Assembly: GCA_951812955.1 (NCBI GenBank) | Contig: OX638340.1 | Coordinates: forward strand, 608,001-672,000 | DNA from: an uncultured Gemmatimonadota bacterium | GTDB taxonomy: Bacteria > JAAXHH01 | DNA length: 64,000 nucleotides | Direction: 5' to 3' | Part shown: one piece after another, positions 27,471 to 37,747 of the stretch | Position numbering within the stretch: position 1 is the first letter of the stretch | Layout: every line of letters starts with the position of its first letter | Program-made: the position numbers and the translations under genes | The notes under the pieces: model-generated | Databases searched by the model: none | What the model saw: the letters and a program-made list of their open reading frames with translations, nothing else | What the model was told of the DNA's origin: nothing

Positions 27471-28742
27471 CTATCCCTGCCCCGATCCGCCGAGGACGTC
27501 TTCCAACTCGTTCACGAACACCTCGAGTTCGTCCGGCTTCCCGATGGTTACCCGCAGGTGATTGCTCAGGAGATTGATCTCCCTCGTCCGGTACCCGGAA
27601 CCGCCCCGTACCATCACGCCGCGTTCCATAAGCGCGGAGCCCATGCGGCGGCTGTCCCGCTTGACGTCCACGATCATGTAATTGCCGTGGCTCGGTGTGT
27701 ATGCCAGTCCCAGACGGTCGAATTCGGCGGACAGGTAGTCCTTGCCGTCGCTCACGACCTCTTTCGTACGGGCTACGAATTCGTGATCGTCCAGGGCCGC
27801 GAGGGCCGCGTGCATGCCCAGGGTGCTCAGTCCGCCGCCGAAGAACCCCATGTGCGCCATCAGCATATCCATCATGCGCTGGCTGCCGATCGCGTACCCG
27901 ATTCGCATGCCGGCCAAGCCGTAGATCTTGGAAAAAGTACGGGCGACGACCACATTGTCTCGCTCCAGGGCGAGTTTCGCGGCATCCCGGTAGTCCGGAT
28001 CCCGGACGAAGTGGATGTAGGCCTCGTCGATGAGGACGATGGCCTGCGCTGGCGCCGCGTCTACGAGGGACACCAGGTCCTCGTAGGGCACGATCGTTCC
28101 CGTGGGATTGTTGGGATTGGTGACGACGATCAGGGATGTTCTTGGAGTGATTGCCGCCTTCATGGCGTCGAGGTCGTGAACGAAGTCAGCCGTCGTGGGA
28201 ACGCGGACGGTACTGACGTCCTTGCCCATCATCTGATAGGTTTGAAAACCACGCGCGACCGATCCATAACCCGGGACCGCCTCGATGCACTCCCCGCCAT
28301 TGCTCGCGGCTATTACGGCCAGCGCCTGTAGTATCGGACCGGAACCAGGCGTGACCATTACCCGGTTCAACTCCCTGAAACGCATGAATGACCGCATGTC
28401 GCTAAAGCTCAGTTCGAAATCCTCGACACCCGGAACGCCGTGTAATTTGTTGAGACGAACGGGCAGATCGACACCGAAATCGTACCGGTTGATCTTGTGC
28501 AGGTTTTCGGCAATGGCCGCAACGGCGCGTGGCGAAGCGCCCAGGGGATTCTCGTTGGCTCCAATCTGGACCCGGCCCGGTTCCACGCCGTATCCGCGGA
28601 CGTCGCCGGCCTTCTTACCGGTCGCCATGGCCTGCGCGATCTCCCAGGCCGAACCTGAGGCGAGGGCGCCGGCACCCAGCAGGGCGCCTTTCATGAATCG
28701 ACGCCGCGTAAACCCGTTTTTTAATACACTCCCGAAACCCAT
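27471..28742 (-). CDS. Class I/II PLP-dependent aminotransferase (histidinol-phosphate/aromatic aminotransferase-like) with an N-terminal twin-arginine (Tat) signal peptide. Putatively periplasmic.
   Basis: Tat motif TRRRFMKGALLGAGALASGSAWE. Aminotransferase blocks GANENPLGASP, NPNNPTG. PLP-Lys context TFSKIYGLAGMRIGY. Confidence 0.75.
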   Translation of the reverse strand: MGFGSVLKNGFTRRRFMKGALLGAGALASGSAWEIAQAMATGKKAGDVRGYGVEPGRVQIGANENPLGASPRAVAAIAENLHKINRYDFGVDLPVRLNKLHGVPGVEDFELSFSDMRSFMRFRELNRVMVTPGSGPILQALAVIAASNGGECIEAVPGYGSVARGFQTYQMMGKDVSTVRVPTTADFVHDLDAMKAAITPRTSLIVVTNPNNPTGTIVPYEDLVSLVDAAPAQAIVLIDEAYIHFVRDPDYRDAAKLALERDNVVVARTFSKIYGLAGMRIGYAIGSQRMMDMLMAHMGFFGGGLSTLGMHAALAALDDHEFVARTKEVVSDGKDYLSAEFDRLGLAYTPSHGNYMIVDVKRDSRRMGSALMERGVMVRGGSGYRTREINLLSNHLRVTIGKPDELEVFVNELEDVLGGSGQG

Positions 28743-28903
28743 GGTATGAACCTCCATTCAATGATTACTCGTAAATTGCATCGTATCTACAAAGTGTACA
28801 CCACCTAAGAGTCTGAACCTCCAACTAAAGATTGCCTGCGGATTTCCCACCATCCAAATGTGTAACGCCTGAATTCGAAACCTTATTTCGCTACCTTATT
28901 TCG

Positions 28904-30568
28904 TTACCTGATGTTGAGCCTTGCCATTTGCGTGACGATGTAGTCGGCGCAGCGGAACGCGAGCGCCTGTATGGTTAGCGTCGGGTTGCTCTTGCCGCTG
29001 GTGACGAAGGACGAACCGTCGACGATGAACAGGTTGTCCACGTCGTGGGCCTGGTTGAACTTGTTCACGACCGACGTCGCCGGATCGTTGCCCATTCGGC
29101 AAGTGCCCATGAGATGGGCGTCGCCATGGGGCACGAAATTCGGAGAGGCCACGATCCCATGGGCGCCGGCGGTGTCCAGCAGTTCGCGTGCGCGGTCCCG
29201 AAAGAAGTCGCCGAGTTTGTGCTCGTTCGGATGCACGTTGTACGTCACACGCGGTACCGGCAGGCCCCACTTGTCGTTTACGTCCGGGTCCAGGTCGATC
29301 ATGTTGGATTCCTGGGACATGGACTGCATGCTGGTAAGGGCGACCATGTACCGGGTGTAATTGTCCATGATCCATTTCTTGCGGCGGGCGCCCCACCTGC
29401 GGAGCCGGGGCATGTTCAGGTTGGCGAAGGAAATGGTTTCGCCGTCACCCCGCGGTTCCAGCACGCCTCCGCCGAAGAAACCGTACTTGTCCGGATCCGG
29501 GTCGTAGAAATCCTGGATAATGCGTGAATCCATGACGCCTTTGTACTCGTTGAGATCCTTTTCGTAGAATCCCCGGGCGGACTGGTAGTAGTTGAACATC
29601 AGGTGCCTTCCCACCTTGCCGCTGCTGTTGGCGAGGCCGTCCGGAAAGAGATTGGACTTCGACATGAGCAGCAGGCGCGGCGTATGGACGCCGTTACAGC
29701 AAACGATTACCGCGCGGGCTTCCAACCGGTGTTCACGCAGGTCTTTATCCAGATAGATCACTCCCTCGGCCCGGCCATCCTCGTCGACCACGATCTCCCG
29801 AACGCAGGCATCGGCCCGTATCTGGCAGTTGCCCGTCCTCAGCGCCTGGGGAATCATGGTAACCAGCATGCTGGACCGCGCGCCGATGGTACAGACGTAA
29901 CTTTCGCAGAAACCGCAATTCATGACCGGCGGCCGGCCTCCGTATTCCCGCGAGTTGATTGCCAGCGGCGCCGGATACGAGTGCCATCCCAGCTTCTGGG
30001 CGGCCATGTCTGCCAGGGCGCCCGAACTGGTTCGCGGCACCGGCGGCATGGGGTAGGGACGGCGTCGCGGCGGATCGAAGGGATTGGCGCCCGCCAGGCC
30101 GGATATCCCGACTTCGTATTCGGCCTTCTCGTAGTAATGTTCCAGGTCCCAGTAGTCGATGGGCCAGTCCTGCACGTCCGCGCCGTCCAGGTCGCCGAAA
30201 AGGCTTCTTTCCTTGAAATCGTTCTCGTGCAGCCGCCAGGAAATACCGGTGTAATGGAGCGTGCTGCCGCCCACCGTGCTTTGCATGTGAATCCCGTGAT
30301 CTTCAACGGCCTGATCGTCCGACGACTGCCGGTACGTATTGGGCTGATCGTGGCGATAGATGTTGGGATGGTCATGGTTATTGCTGGCGGGATGCATCGC
30401 CTGGAGTTCGTCCTGGTCGAAGTGGCGCGTCTTTTGAAATGATCCCATTTCCATGGCGACCACCTGCAGGCCCTTCGTGCTCAGTTCCTTGGCCATGACC
30501 GCGCCGGCGGCGCCTGTGCCGATGACGATGACGTCCGGTCGTCGAATCGTGGGATTGGGCAGGGACAT
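28904..30568 (-). CDS. GMC-family FAD-dependent oxidoreductase, large subunit (gluconate 2-dehydrogenase / glycoside 3-dehydrogenase-like).
   Basis: Rossmann FAD motif [22 protein letters not shown]-terminal blocks ([33 protein letters not shown]). 554 aa. Confidence 0.8.
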   Translation of the reverse strand: MSLPNPTIRRPDVIVIGTGAAGAVMAKELSTKGLQVVAMEMGSFQKTRHFDQDELQAMHPASNNHDHPNIYRHDQPNTYRQSSDDQAVEDHGIHMQSTVGGSTLHYTGISWRLHENDFKERSLFGDLDGADVQDWPIDYWDLEHYYEKAEYEVGISGLAGANPFDPPRRRPYPMPPVPRTSSGALADMAAQKLGWHSYPAPLAINSREYGGRPPVMNCGFCESYVCTIGARSSMLVTMIPQALRTGNCQIRADACVREIVVDEDGRAEGVIYLDKDLREHRLEARAVIVCCNGVHTPRLLLMSKSNLFPDGLANSSGKVGRHLMFNYYQSARGFYEKDLNEYKGVMDSRIIQDFYDPDPDKYGFFGGGVLEPRGDGETISFANLNMPRLRRWGARRKKWIMDNYTRYMVALTSMQSMSQESNMIDLDPDVNDKWGLPVPRVTYNVHPNEHKLGDFFRDRARELLDTAGAHGIVASPNFVPHGDAHLMGTCRMGNDPATSVVNKFNQAHDVDNLFIVDGSSFVTSGKSNPTLTIQALAFRCADYIVTQMARLNIR

Positions 30569-30581
30569 GGGGACTCCGAAA

Positions 30582-31262
30582 CTACGCTTCGCCGACGATT
30601 CTACTCTTCATCGGACCGTCATATGGCTTCCATTCGGGGTATTCGATCTCCGGAATGGTCATGTCGAATTCACTGAAAGGGGGATCGTAGCCAAAAGCCG
30701 CGCGACCTGGAAATCGGATCAGCTTCCATCCGGTCTCGCGATAGTTTCCGCCATAGGAGGGATCACTGAACATGCCCTCCATGGTATGCGTGACCAGCAT
30801 GCGCAGGAAATCCCTGGCGCCCATGGGGGCGTCGTCCGGCCAGTTCCGCGGGGACCTTGCACGGTCGATACCCATCAGGGCCCTGCGCTGATTTCTTGTA
30901 TCGAGATCCAGGAAGCCGGCTTCGTGCGAGAGCTGACAGTACCGGTCGAAAGCGGCCAGGCCGGAGACATAGGACTCCTTGTATTCGGCCCGGTGGCTGC
31001 CGAGGGCCCGGTCGATGTATACGATCACGCGGGCTTCCGCCGCACCGGGGTCGTTGTCGTCGGACGGCATGATCATCCGGGTCAGCGCGTCCACGGTACG
31101 GCCCTGGCGGGCGTCCAGGTTCTGCCAGGTGTATTCGAAGGGAGGTGTTTCCTGGGCGTCGATCGCACCGGTACGGGACAGCACGCCAAGTGTTATCACT
31201 CCACCGGTCGCCCGTGCGGTATTGGAAAGAAACGATCGGCGGGAAAACGGCTTTGACGTCAT
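30582..31262 (-). CDS. Small (gamma) subunit of a gluconate-2-dehydrogenase-type GMC oxidoreductase, with a Tat signal peptide.
   Basis: Tat motif SRRSFLSNTARATGGVITLGVLS after the Met at 31262. Lies 13 nt upstream of the GMC large-subunit gene. Confidence 0.6.
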   Translation of the reverse strand: MTSKPFSRRSFLSNTARATGGVITLGVLSRTGAIDAQETPPFEYTWQNLDARQGRTVDALTRMIMPSDDNDPGAAEARVIVYIDRALGSHRAEYKESYVSGLAAFDRYCQLSHEAGFLDLDTRNQRRALMGIDRARSPRNWPDDAPMGARDFLRMLVTHTMEGMFSDPSYGGNYRETGWKLIRFPGRAAFGYDPPFSEFDMTIPEIEYPEWKPYDGPMKSRIVGEA

Positions 31263-31460
31263 GGATTCCAGGCTCCCGACTCTATAGTTTCCATCGTTCG
31301 AATGCACATCAGGACTGTATACACATATCGCGTTGATTTATTCAATCTATCCGCTTCGAAAATACGGTTGAAAACCGGGTTGACAATAGAATTCGGCAGG
31401 GTTCTGATCGCGCGGGCAAAGAGGTTGACGGCAATACCCGCGAATCTATATTCATAAAGC

Positions 31461-32417
31461 ATGAACATTCTGAAGCCGCAGGCCCTCAAACCAGGTGATA
31501 CAATCGGGATCGTCGCACCGGCCAGCCATTCCGCGCTCCCGAGCGCGCTGCTGAACGGCCGCCGTTCACTCGAAGCCCTCGGATTCCACACGGTGACCGC
31601 ACCGCACCTGGCGGACAGGCACGGTTTTCTGGCCGGCCGGGACGCCGACCGCCTGGCCGACCTGGAAGGCATGTTCACCGATCCAGATATCCATGGAATC
31701 GTTTGCCTTCGCGGCGGATACGGGTCCGTCCGCATGCTGCAGCGCATGGATTTCGATATCGTCCGCACCAACCCCAAGGTCTTCGTCGGATACAGCGACA
31801 TAACCGCCCTCCATGGGGCAATCCATCAACGTACCGGCCTGGTCACCTTTTGGGGTCCCATGGTTGCCTCGGATATGAGTCCGGGTTTCCACCCATACAA
31901 CCGGGATGCCTTCATGAAGGCGGTTACAGGAGCCGATTCCATAGGCAGCATCGTGCATCCCGAGGACATGCCTCCCGTGCAGACCATTCATGGCGGCATG
32001 GCCGCGGGCCCTCTGATCGGTGGCACGCTTTCGTTACTCGCGGCCGCGGTCGGAACACCTTACGAATTCGAGTACGACGGTGCGATCCTGTTTTTCGAGG
32101 ACGTAGGCGAGGAGCCCCACCGGATCGACCGGATGCTGACGCAACTGCTTCAGTCCGGCAGGCTGGATTGCCTGTCCGGGATCGTAATCGGAGAATGTGC
32201 CGGGTGTGGCAGCGCGCCTGACAATCCCGCTTTCCCCTATGGCAACTTCAGTATAGAAGAAGTGTTCCTGGACCGGCTTCAACCGCTCGGAATCCCGGTA
32301 ATCTATGGCCTGGGCATCGGTCACGGGACGTTCAAGGCGACCCTGCCTCTGGGGGTACGGGCTACGCTGGACGGGGATGCACGCACCCTCGCAATCGACG
32401 AACCCGGTGTCATTTAG
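31461..32417 (+). CDS. LD-carboxypeptidase (peptidase S66, LdcA/MccF-like).
   Basis: 318 aa. S66 blocks GDTIGIVAPAS, LRGGYGS, GYSDITALH, GIGHGT. Confidence 0.7.
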   Translation: MNILKPQALKPGDTIGIVAPASHSALPSALLNGRRSLEALGFHTVTAPHLADRHGFLAGRDADRLADLEGMFTDPDIHGIVCLRGGYGSVRMLQRMDFDIVRTNPKVFVGYSDITALHGAIHQRTGLVTFWGPMVASDMSPGFHPYNRDAFMKAVTGADSIGSIVHPEDMPPVQTIHGGMAAGPLIGGTLSLLAAAVGTPYEFEYDGAILFFEDVGEEPHRIDRMLTQLLQSGRLDCLSGIVIGECAGCGSAPDNPAFPYGNFSIEEVFLDRLQPLGIPVIYGLGIGHGTFKATLPLGVRATLDGDARTLAIDEPGVI

Positions 32418-32475
32418 TCTCGACGTTCCGCATCGCCTCCCGCGCGGCAAACGGAATGTATGACAGGGAAAACCT

Positions 32476-33417
32476 ATGGTCAGTCACATCTTGCTGGATG
32501 TACCATTGCCGCCCGCCGTGCTGGACCTGTTCGAGCCCGGGGATACATTCCTTCTGCTTGACGATCTGTCCGACGGAGACGACCGGTGGGGTCTCGTCGA
32601 AGCCTATCTTACCTATGGCCATCCTCCGACGGATGGGGAAACAATGGACCGCATGCCGAACCTGAAGGTCATCAGCAACTTCGGGGTTGGTGTCGACCAC
32701 ATCGATACCGAGGCGGCCCGGGGGCGGGGCATTCCCGTAGGCAATACGCCGAACCTGCTCGACGGCGCAACGGCGGACATGACCTTTACCCTCCTGATGG
32801 CGGCGGCACGGCGGGTCGTCATAGGGGACCGGTTCGCCCGCAGCCCCGAATTCATCCATTACGATCCCAGCATTCTGCACGGATTTGAGGTGCACGGCAG
32901 CACCATCGGCATTATCGGCATGGGCAGCATCGGGAAGCAGGTCGCCAGGCGGGCCGCCGGATTCGACATGGAGATCGTTTACCACAATCGCAGGCGGGAT
33001 CCTGACGACCACATCTACCAGGCCCGGTACGTCGCGCTGGAATCGTTGCTCGATGTATCGGACTTCGTGACGTTGAACTGTCCGCTCACCGATCAGACAC
33101 GTGGACTGATCGACGAAGACGCCTTAAAACGCATGAAGAGAACCGCCGTCCTGGTCAACCTGGCGCGGGGCGGCGTAGTGGACCATGACGCCCTTTACAA
33201 CGCACTGAGCAACGACTGGATCGCTGCGGCGGCGCTGGACGTCACCGAACCCGAACCGTTGCCGAGACATCACCCGCTGCTTGGGCTGGACAACCTGGTG
33301 ATCGCACCCCACCTGGGCAGCGCGACTACGCGCACGCGCCACGCGATGGCCCGCTTGACCGTGGACAATCTCAAGGCGGGACTGGCCGGCCGGACACTGC
33401 CCAGCCGCGTCGTCTGA
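32476..33417 (+). CDS. D-isomer-specific 2-hydroxyacid dehydrogenase (glyoxylate/hydroxypyruvate reductase-like).
   Basis: NAD-binding GIIGMGSIGKQVARRA. Catalytic region LVNLARGGVVDHDAL...APHLGSAT. Confidence 0.85.
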   Translation: MVSHILLDVPLPPAVLDLFEPGDTFLLLDDLSDGDDRWGLVEAYLTYGHPPTDGETMDRMPNLKVISNFGVGVDHIDTEAARGRGIPVGNTPNLLDGATADMTFTLLMAAARRVVIGDRFARSPEFIHYDPSILHGFEVHGSTIGIIGMGSIGKQVARRAAGFDMEIVYHNRRRDPDDHIYQARYVALESLLDVSDFVTLNCPLTDQTRGLIDEDALKRMKRTAVLVNLARGGVVDHDALYNALSNDWIAAAALDVTEPEPLPRHHPLLGLDNLVIAPHLGSATTRTRHAMARLTVDNLKAGLAGRTLPSRVV

Positions 33418-33433
33418 GGTTGGTTTTATTCCG

Positions 33434-34183
33434 TTGCGGCCCGAGAGGGATGATATGGTGTTGGACTCCTCGCAGAAAAGATTCTTCATCGATTTCGGTT
33501 ACCTCGTCCTGCCCGGTCTCATGCGTGAGGAGGCACCGTGGATCATCGAAGAATTCGAGCGCGTGTTTGCCCGGGCCGGTGTCGTACATGACGGCAGCAA
33601 GCGGTCGAGCCTGGGACCCTTCATCGAACGCAGCGCCCGCCTGTGTTCGATGCTGGACAACCCGAAGGTCAACGGACTGCTCGCAGGCCTCCTGGGAGAG
33701 GACTTTAACTACCTGGGCAGCGGCGGCGAGTTGTACGTCGGCGACGGCATGTGGCATCCGGACTGTCATGGAGACCCGATACGCCAGCTCAAGTGGGCAA
33801 TGTATCTCGATCATCTGACCCAGAATACGGGCGCCCTGAGACTCGTCCCGGGTTCCCACCGGCACGGATGGCAGGGTAATCTCGACACCCAGGCGCTCTG
33901 GGGCATCGGCATGGAGGATGTCCCCTGCGTCGCCCCCGACAATGCGCCGGGCGACGTGATCGTGTTCAACCAGATGACCCTGCACAATGCCCTTGGCGGC
34001 GGTAATCGCCGGCGCATGTTGAACCTATTGGCCTGCTCATCGTGCCGTACGGAAGCCGAACTGGATTTTCTCAAGCGCAGACTTCCGGCTTCCCGCGCGG
34101 AACTGCATTGGGAGATCATGCGCGGTACCGCGACGGCCGAACGCATGCGCCACCTGGAGCAACCATGGACCCTGCTGAGCTGA
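33434..34183 (+). CDS. PhyH-family Fe(II)/2-oxoglutarate dioxygenase (paralog 3). Its 3' end overlaps the IlvD/EDD dehydratase start by 19 nt.
   Basis: WHPDCHGD (HxD), LRLVPGSHRHGW and a distal His (TLHNALGG). The Met at 33455 is an alternative start. Confidence 0.65.
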   Translation: MRPERDDMVLDSSQKRFFIDFGYLVLPGLMREEAPWIIEEFERVFARAGVVHDGSKRSSLGPFIERSARLCSMLDNPKVNGLLAGLLGEDFNYLGSGGELYVGDGMWHPDCHGDPIRQLKWAMYLDHLTQNTGALRLVPGSHRHGWQGNLDTQALWGIGMEDVPCVAPDNAPGDVIVFNQMTLHNALGGGNRRRMLNLLACSSCRTEAELDFLKRRLPASRAELHWEIMRGTATAERMRHLEQPWTLLS

Positions 34184-35853
34184 CCGGAGTTGACAAGAAC
34201 CTGACCCGGTACGGAGATACGGAGTTCAGCCGGTACATGCGCAGGGCCTTCCTGTCCTCCGCGGGCTACGACGCCGATGATCTCAACCGGCCGATCATCG
34301 GCATCGCCGATACCTCATCGGATTATACGACCTGCCATCGGGACATGCCCGCGCTGTTGGAGGGCGTCCGGAGAGGAATCACCCAGGCGGGCGGACTCGC
34401 CCTCGCATTTCCCACGATCTCGCTGGCCGAAACCCAGTTGTCCCCCACGTCCATGCTGTTCCGCAACCTGATGGCCATGGGCACGGAGGAAATGATCCGG
34501 TCACAGCCAATGGACGGCGTCGTGCTGCTCGGGGGTTGCGACAAAACCGTACCTGCCCAGCTCATGGCCGCCGTCTCCGCCGGTGTCCCCGCGATCTCGC
34601 TCGTAACCGGCGCCATGCGCACGGGCAGCTGGCATGGCGATCGCCTCGGCGCCTGTACGGATTGCCGGCGTTACTGGCTGCGGCATCGCGCCGGCGAGAT
34701 CGACCGGGAGGAAATCGGTGAAATCGAACAGGCCCTGTGCCCAACGGGCGGAACGTGCATGGTCATGGGCACGGCCTCCACCATGGCCTGCATAACGGCC
34801 ACCCTGGGCCTGATGCTGCCCGGAGGAGCCACGCCGCTTTCCGGATCGGCGGACCGACTCAGGCAGGCGGTGATGACGGGGAGACGCATAGTCGAATTGG
34901 CAAGAGACGGCCAGTCACCGGACAGGTTTCTGACCGGGGCTTCTTTCAACAACGCGGCCATCGTACTCGCCGCGCTGGGAGGCTCCACCAACGCCGTGAT
35001 ACATCTCATCGCCATCGCACGGCGGGCGGGGGTCGAACTTACGCTGGAAGACCTTCACGACGCAGCGCGTGAAACCCCGGTGCTGGTGAACTGCAAGCCC
35101 GTGGGTACGGGATACATGGAAGACTTTCACAAGGCGGGCGGCCTGCCCGTACTGTGGAAGGCCTTGCAGTCCAGGCTGAACCTGGATGCGATGAACGTGA
35201 ATGGCTTGGCACTGGGAGAGATGCTGAAGGATACGCCGGCGCCGGCCGGGTGGCAGGATAACATCGGCACGCTGGAACACCCCATCGGCCCGCCCGGTGC
35301 GCTGGTCGTCCTGCGCGGTACACTCGCACCCGACGGTGCGCTGATCAAACGGGCCGCGGCTGCTTCGGACCTGCAGCGGCACCGGGGTCCGGCGGCCGTA
35401 TTCGAGTCACCCGACGACGTTGCGGCCCGGATCGACGACCCGGTATTGGGATTGACCCCCGATCACGTCCTCGTGATGCGGAATGCCGGTCCCGTGGCCA
35501 TGGGCATGCCGGAGGCCGGTTCGCTTCCCATACCGGCCTACCTGGCGAAAAAGGACGTCGTGGACATGGTGCGCGTTTCCGATGCGAGGATGAGCGGCAC
35601 GGCCTACGGCACGGTCGTGTTGCACTGCTGCCCTGAAGCCGCCGTGGGCGGTCCGCTGGCGCTCGTAAGAGACGGAGACCTCATCGAACTAGACGTGGCG
35701 CAACGGCGCCTGGACCTGTGCGTATCCGAGGAAGAATTGACCCGGCGAAAAACCAGTCACGTACCTCCCCCTTCGCCCGAAAGAGGGTGGCGCAGGCTAT
35801 ACGCCGAACATGTCCTTCCCGCGCACCTGGGCGCCGACCTGGATTTTCTCTAG
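34165..35853 (+). CDS. IlvD/EDD-family dehydratase (sugar-acid / dihydroxy-acid dehydratase, e.g. arabinonate/xylonate/gluconate dehydratase-like).
   Basis: Family blocks IGIADTSSDYTTCH, GGCDKTVPAQLMA, CPTGGTCMVMGTASTMA, SDARMSGTAYGTVVLHCCPEAAVGGPLAL. The ATG at 34165 is preferred over the longer ORF. Confidence 0.85.
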   Translation: MDPAELTGVDKNLTRYGDTEFSRYMRRAFLSSAGYDADDLNRPIIGIADTSSDYTTCHRDMPALLEGVRRGITQAGGLALAFPTISLAETQLSPTSMLFRNLMAMGTEEMIRSQPMDGVVLLGGCDKTVPAQLMAAVSAGVPAISLVTGAMRTGSWHGDRLGACTDCRRYWLRHRAGEIDREEIGEIEQALCPTGGTCMVMGTASTMACITATLGLMLPGGATPLSGSADRLRQAVMTGRRIVELARDGQSPDRFLTGASFNNAAIVLAALGGSTNAVIHLIAIARRAGVELTLEDLHDAARETPVLVNCKPVGTGYMEDFHKAGGLPVLWKALQSRLNLDAMNVNGLALGEMLKDTPAPAGWQDNIGTLEHPIGPPGALVVLRGTLAPDGALIKRAAAASDLQRHRGPAAVFESPDDVAARIDDPVLGLTPDHVLVMRNAGPVAMGMPEAGSLPIPAYLAKKDVVDMVRVSDARMSGTAYGTVVLHCCPEAAVGGPLALVRDGDLIELDVAQRRLDLCVSEEELTRRKTSHVPPPSPERGWRRLYAEHVLPAHLGADLDFL

Positions 35854-35949
35854 CATATACAGGAACAGTAAGTTGAATGAGTTAGTTGAGACATTAAATG
35901 CCGGTCTCTTAATGCACACGAACGACGCAATCAGCAAAGGAATACCACC

Positions 35950-36696
35950 ATGGCTGAAAACCGATTTGATCTGAAACTGCGCCGAGATGAACTGGCGCGG
36001 GAAAACGGCTTCGCCGTGTGGAGAACCATCATCACAGATACGACCTGGGACCCGTCACAGACCGCCCTTGTGTTGTGCGACATATGGGATTCGCACTGGT
36101 GCCGCGGAGCAGTCGAGCGGCTGAACGCCATGACCCCTCGGATGAACGACGTGGTGACCGCCTGCCGAGACCGGGGCATTCTGATTGTTCACGCCCCATC
36201 CGACACGCTGGAATTCTACAGGGATGCCCCGGCAAGAAAAAGGGCCGAGTCGGTGCCGGTCGTGCATCCACCGCCGGACCGCGATCTGCCGGATCCCCCG
36301 CTCCCGGTCGATGCATCCGACGAAGGTGCGGATACGGGCGAGACGAAAACCTTCAGCGCATGGTCCCGCCAGCATCCGGATATCTTCATCGACCAGGACA
36401 AAGATCTCATGTCCGACAACGGTCCGCAGATCTATGCCTGCTTCCAGCACTACGGAATACGCAACATGCTGATGATGGGCGTACACACAAACATGTGCAT
36501 CCTCCATCGATCCTTTGGGATAAAGCAAATGGTCCGCTGGGGCGTTCCCGTGGCGCTGGTACGCGACCTCACCGATATCATGTACAATCCCGCGATGCCG
36601 CCCTACGTCAGTCATGAAGAAGGCACGCGCCTGGTGGTATCTTTCATCGAGAAGCACTGGTGCCCCACCGTACACAGTTTGGAAATCCTGCCGTAA
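35950..36696 (+). CDS. Isochorismatase-family (cysteine hydrolase) protein.
   Basis: ALVLCDIWDSHW resembles the LLVIDMQNDF block. GVHTNMCIL resembles the catalytic-Cys block GVxTNxCV. Assignment by eye only. Confidence 0.5.
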   Translation: MAENRFDLKLRRDELARENGFAVWRTIITDTTWDPSQTALVLCDIWDSHWCRGAVERLNAMTPRMNDVVTACRDRGILIVHAPSDTLEFYRDAPARKRAESVPVVHPPPDRDLPDPPLPVDASDEGADTGETKTFSAWSRQHPDIFIDQDKDLMSDNGPQIYACFQHYGIRNMLMMGVHTNMCILHRSFGIKQMVRWGVPVALVRDLTDIMYNPAMPPYVSHEEGTRLVVSFIEKHWCPTVHSLEILP

Positions 36697-36768
36697 TCAT
36701 ACAGCGAGAGACGGGATACGACCTTCCTGTCGCGTTCGTATCCCCGGATCGGATTCAAAGGTGAATCG

Positions 36769-37728
36769 ATGAAGCGCAGGCTGGACCTACTGTCCGTGGG
36801 GGACGGAAATCTTGACGTCTGGATGCGCGTGCCGCGCCATACCGGCGGTCTCACGGGAGGCGTGCGGGAAACCGGCATTGTCGGCGACGCCTGCCGGATC
36901 GGACCTGGGGGAGCGGCCGCGAACGTGGCCATAGGGATGGCGCGGCTCGGCGCGCGCACGGCCTTTGTCGGCGCGATCGGCGACGACACGCCCGGTGCGC
37001 AGTTCGCGGATAACATGCGGGAACACGGCGTTGATGTATCCCATCTCCACGTCATGGCCGGCCAGGCGACTTCCCTGGCCTGCATGTTCGAGACGCCCGA
37101 CCGGGAGTACGCGTTCTACGTGTGCCCGGGTCCCAGGTCCATTCCTTCCCACCGCCTCCCAAGCGGTTTCGTCCGGTCGGCACGTATCCTTTACGTAACC
37201 GGCCATGTGCTTACCGAAGAAGAAGCGACCTGCGATGTCATAATCGACGCGATGGCAACGGCACGCGATGCCGGCGTGACGGTAGCGCTGGACCCTGGAA
37301 AGTACTGGCTCAATCCCTCGCTGGAATCCCGTGTGCATGAGGCTGTGAAGCTGACGGACATCATCCTGCCCAACCGCATGGAAGCGGAGCGACTCACGGG
37401 CCGGCGCACTCCCCGTGACGCCGCCGGCGACCTGCTGGCGGCGGGTGTCGGCATTGTAGCCGTGACGATGGGTGACGGGGGCTGCCTGGCGGCGTGTGCA
37501 GACCGCATGATCGAGCGGTCCGCATACCGAACCGGGATCGTTTCCACGGTAGGCGCCGGCGACGCATTCGCCAGCGGGATGCTCTACAGTTTCCTCGCGA
37601 AGGAGAGCCTGGAGGACATGGCGTCTTTTGCGAATGCCGCGGCGGCCATCAAGATAGGCACACCCGGTGCGGCGGAAGGGATGCCCGGCGCGGATGAGGT
37701 CAGGTCGTTTCTGCGGGTAAACGCTTAA
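36769..37728 (+). CDS. PfkB-family sugar kinase (2-dehydro-3-deoxygluconokinase / ribokinase-like).
   Basis: N-terminal GG motif (IGPGGAAANVA). C-terminal anion-hole motif VSTVGAGDAFASG. Confidence 0.8.
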   Translation: MKRRLDLLSVGDGNLDVWMRVPRHTGGLTGGVRETGIVGDACRIGPGGAAANVAIGMARLGARTAFVGAIGDDTPGAQFADNMREHGVDVSHLHVMAGQATSLACMFETPDREYAFYVCPGPRSIPSHRLPSGFVRSARILYVTGHVLTEEEATCDVIIDAMATARDAGVTVALDPGKYWLNPSLESRVHEAVKLTDIILPNRMEAERLTGRRTPRDAAGDLLAAGVGIVAVTMGDGGCLAACADRMIERSAYRTGIVSTVGAGDAFASGMLYSFLAKESLEDMASFANAAAAIKIGTPGAAEGMPGADEVRSFLRVNA

Positions 37729-37747
37729 CCGGCTTACGTGTTCCGAA

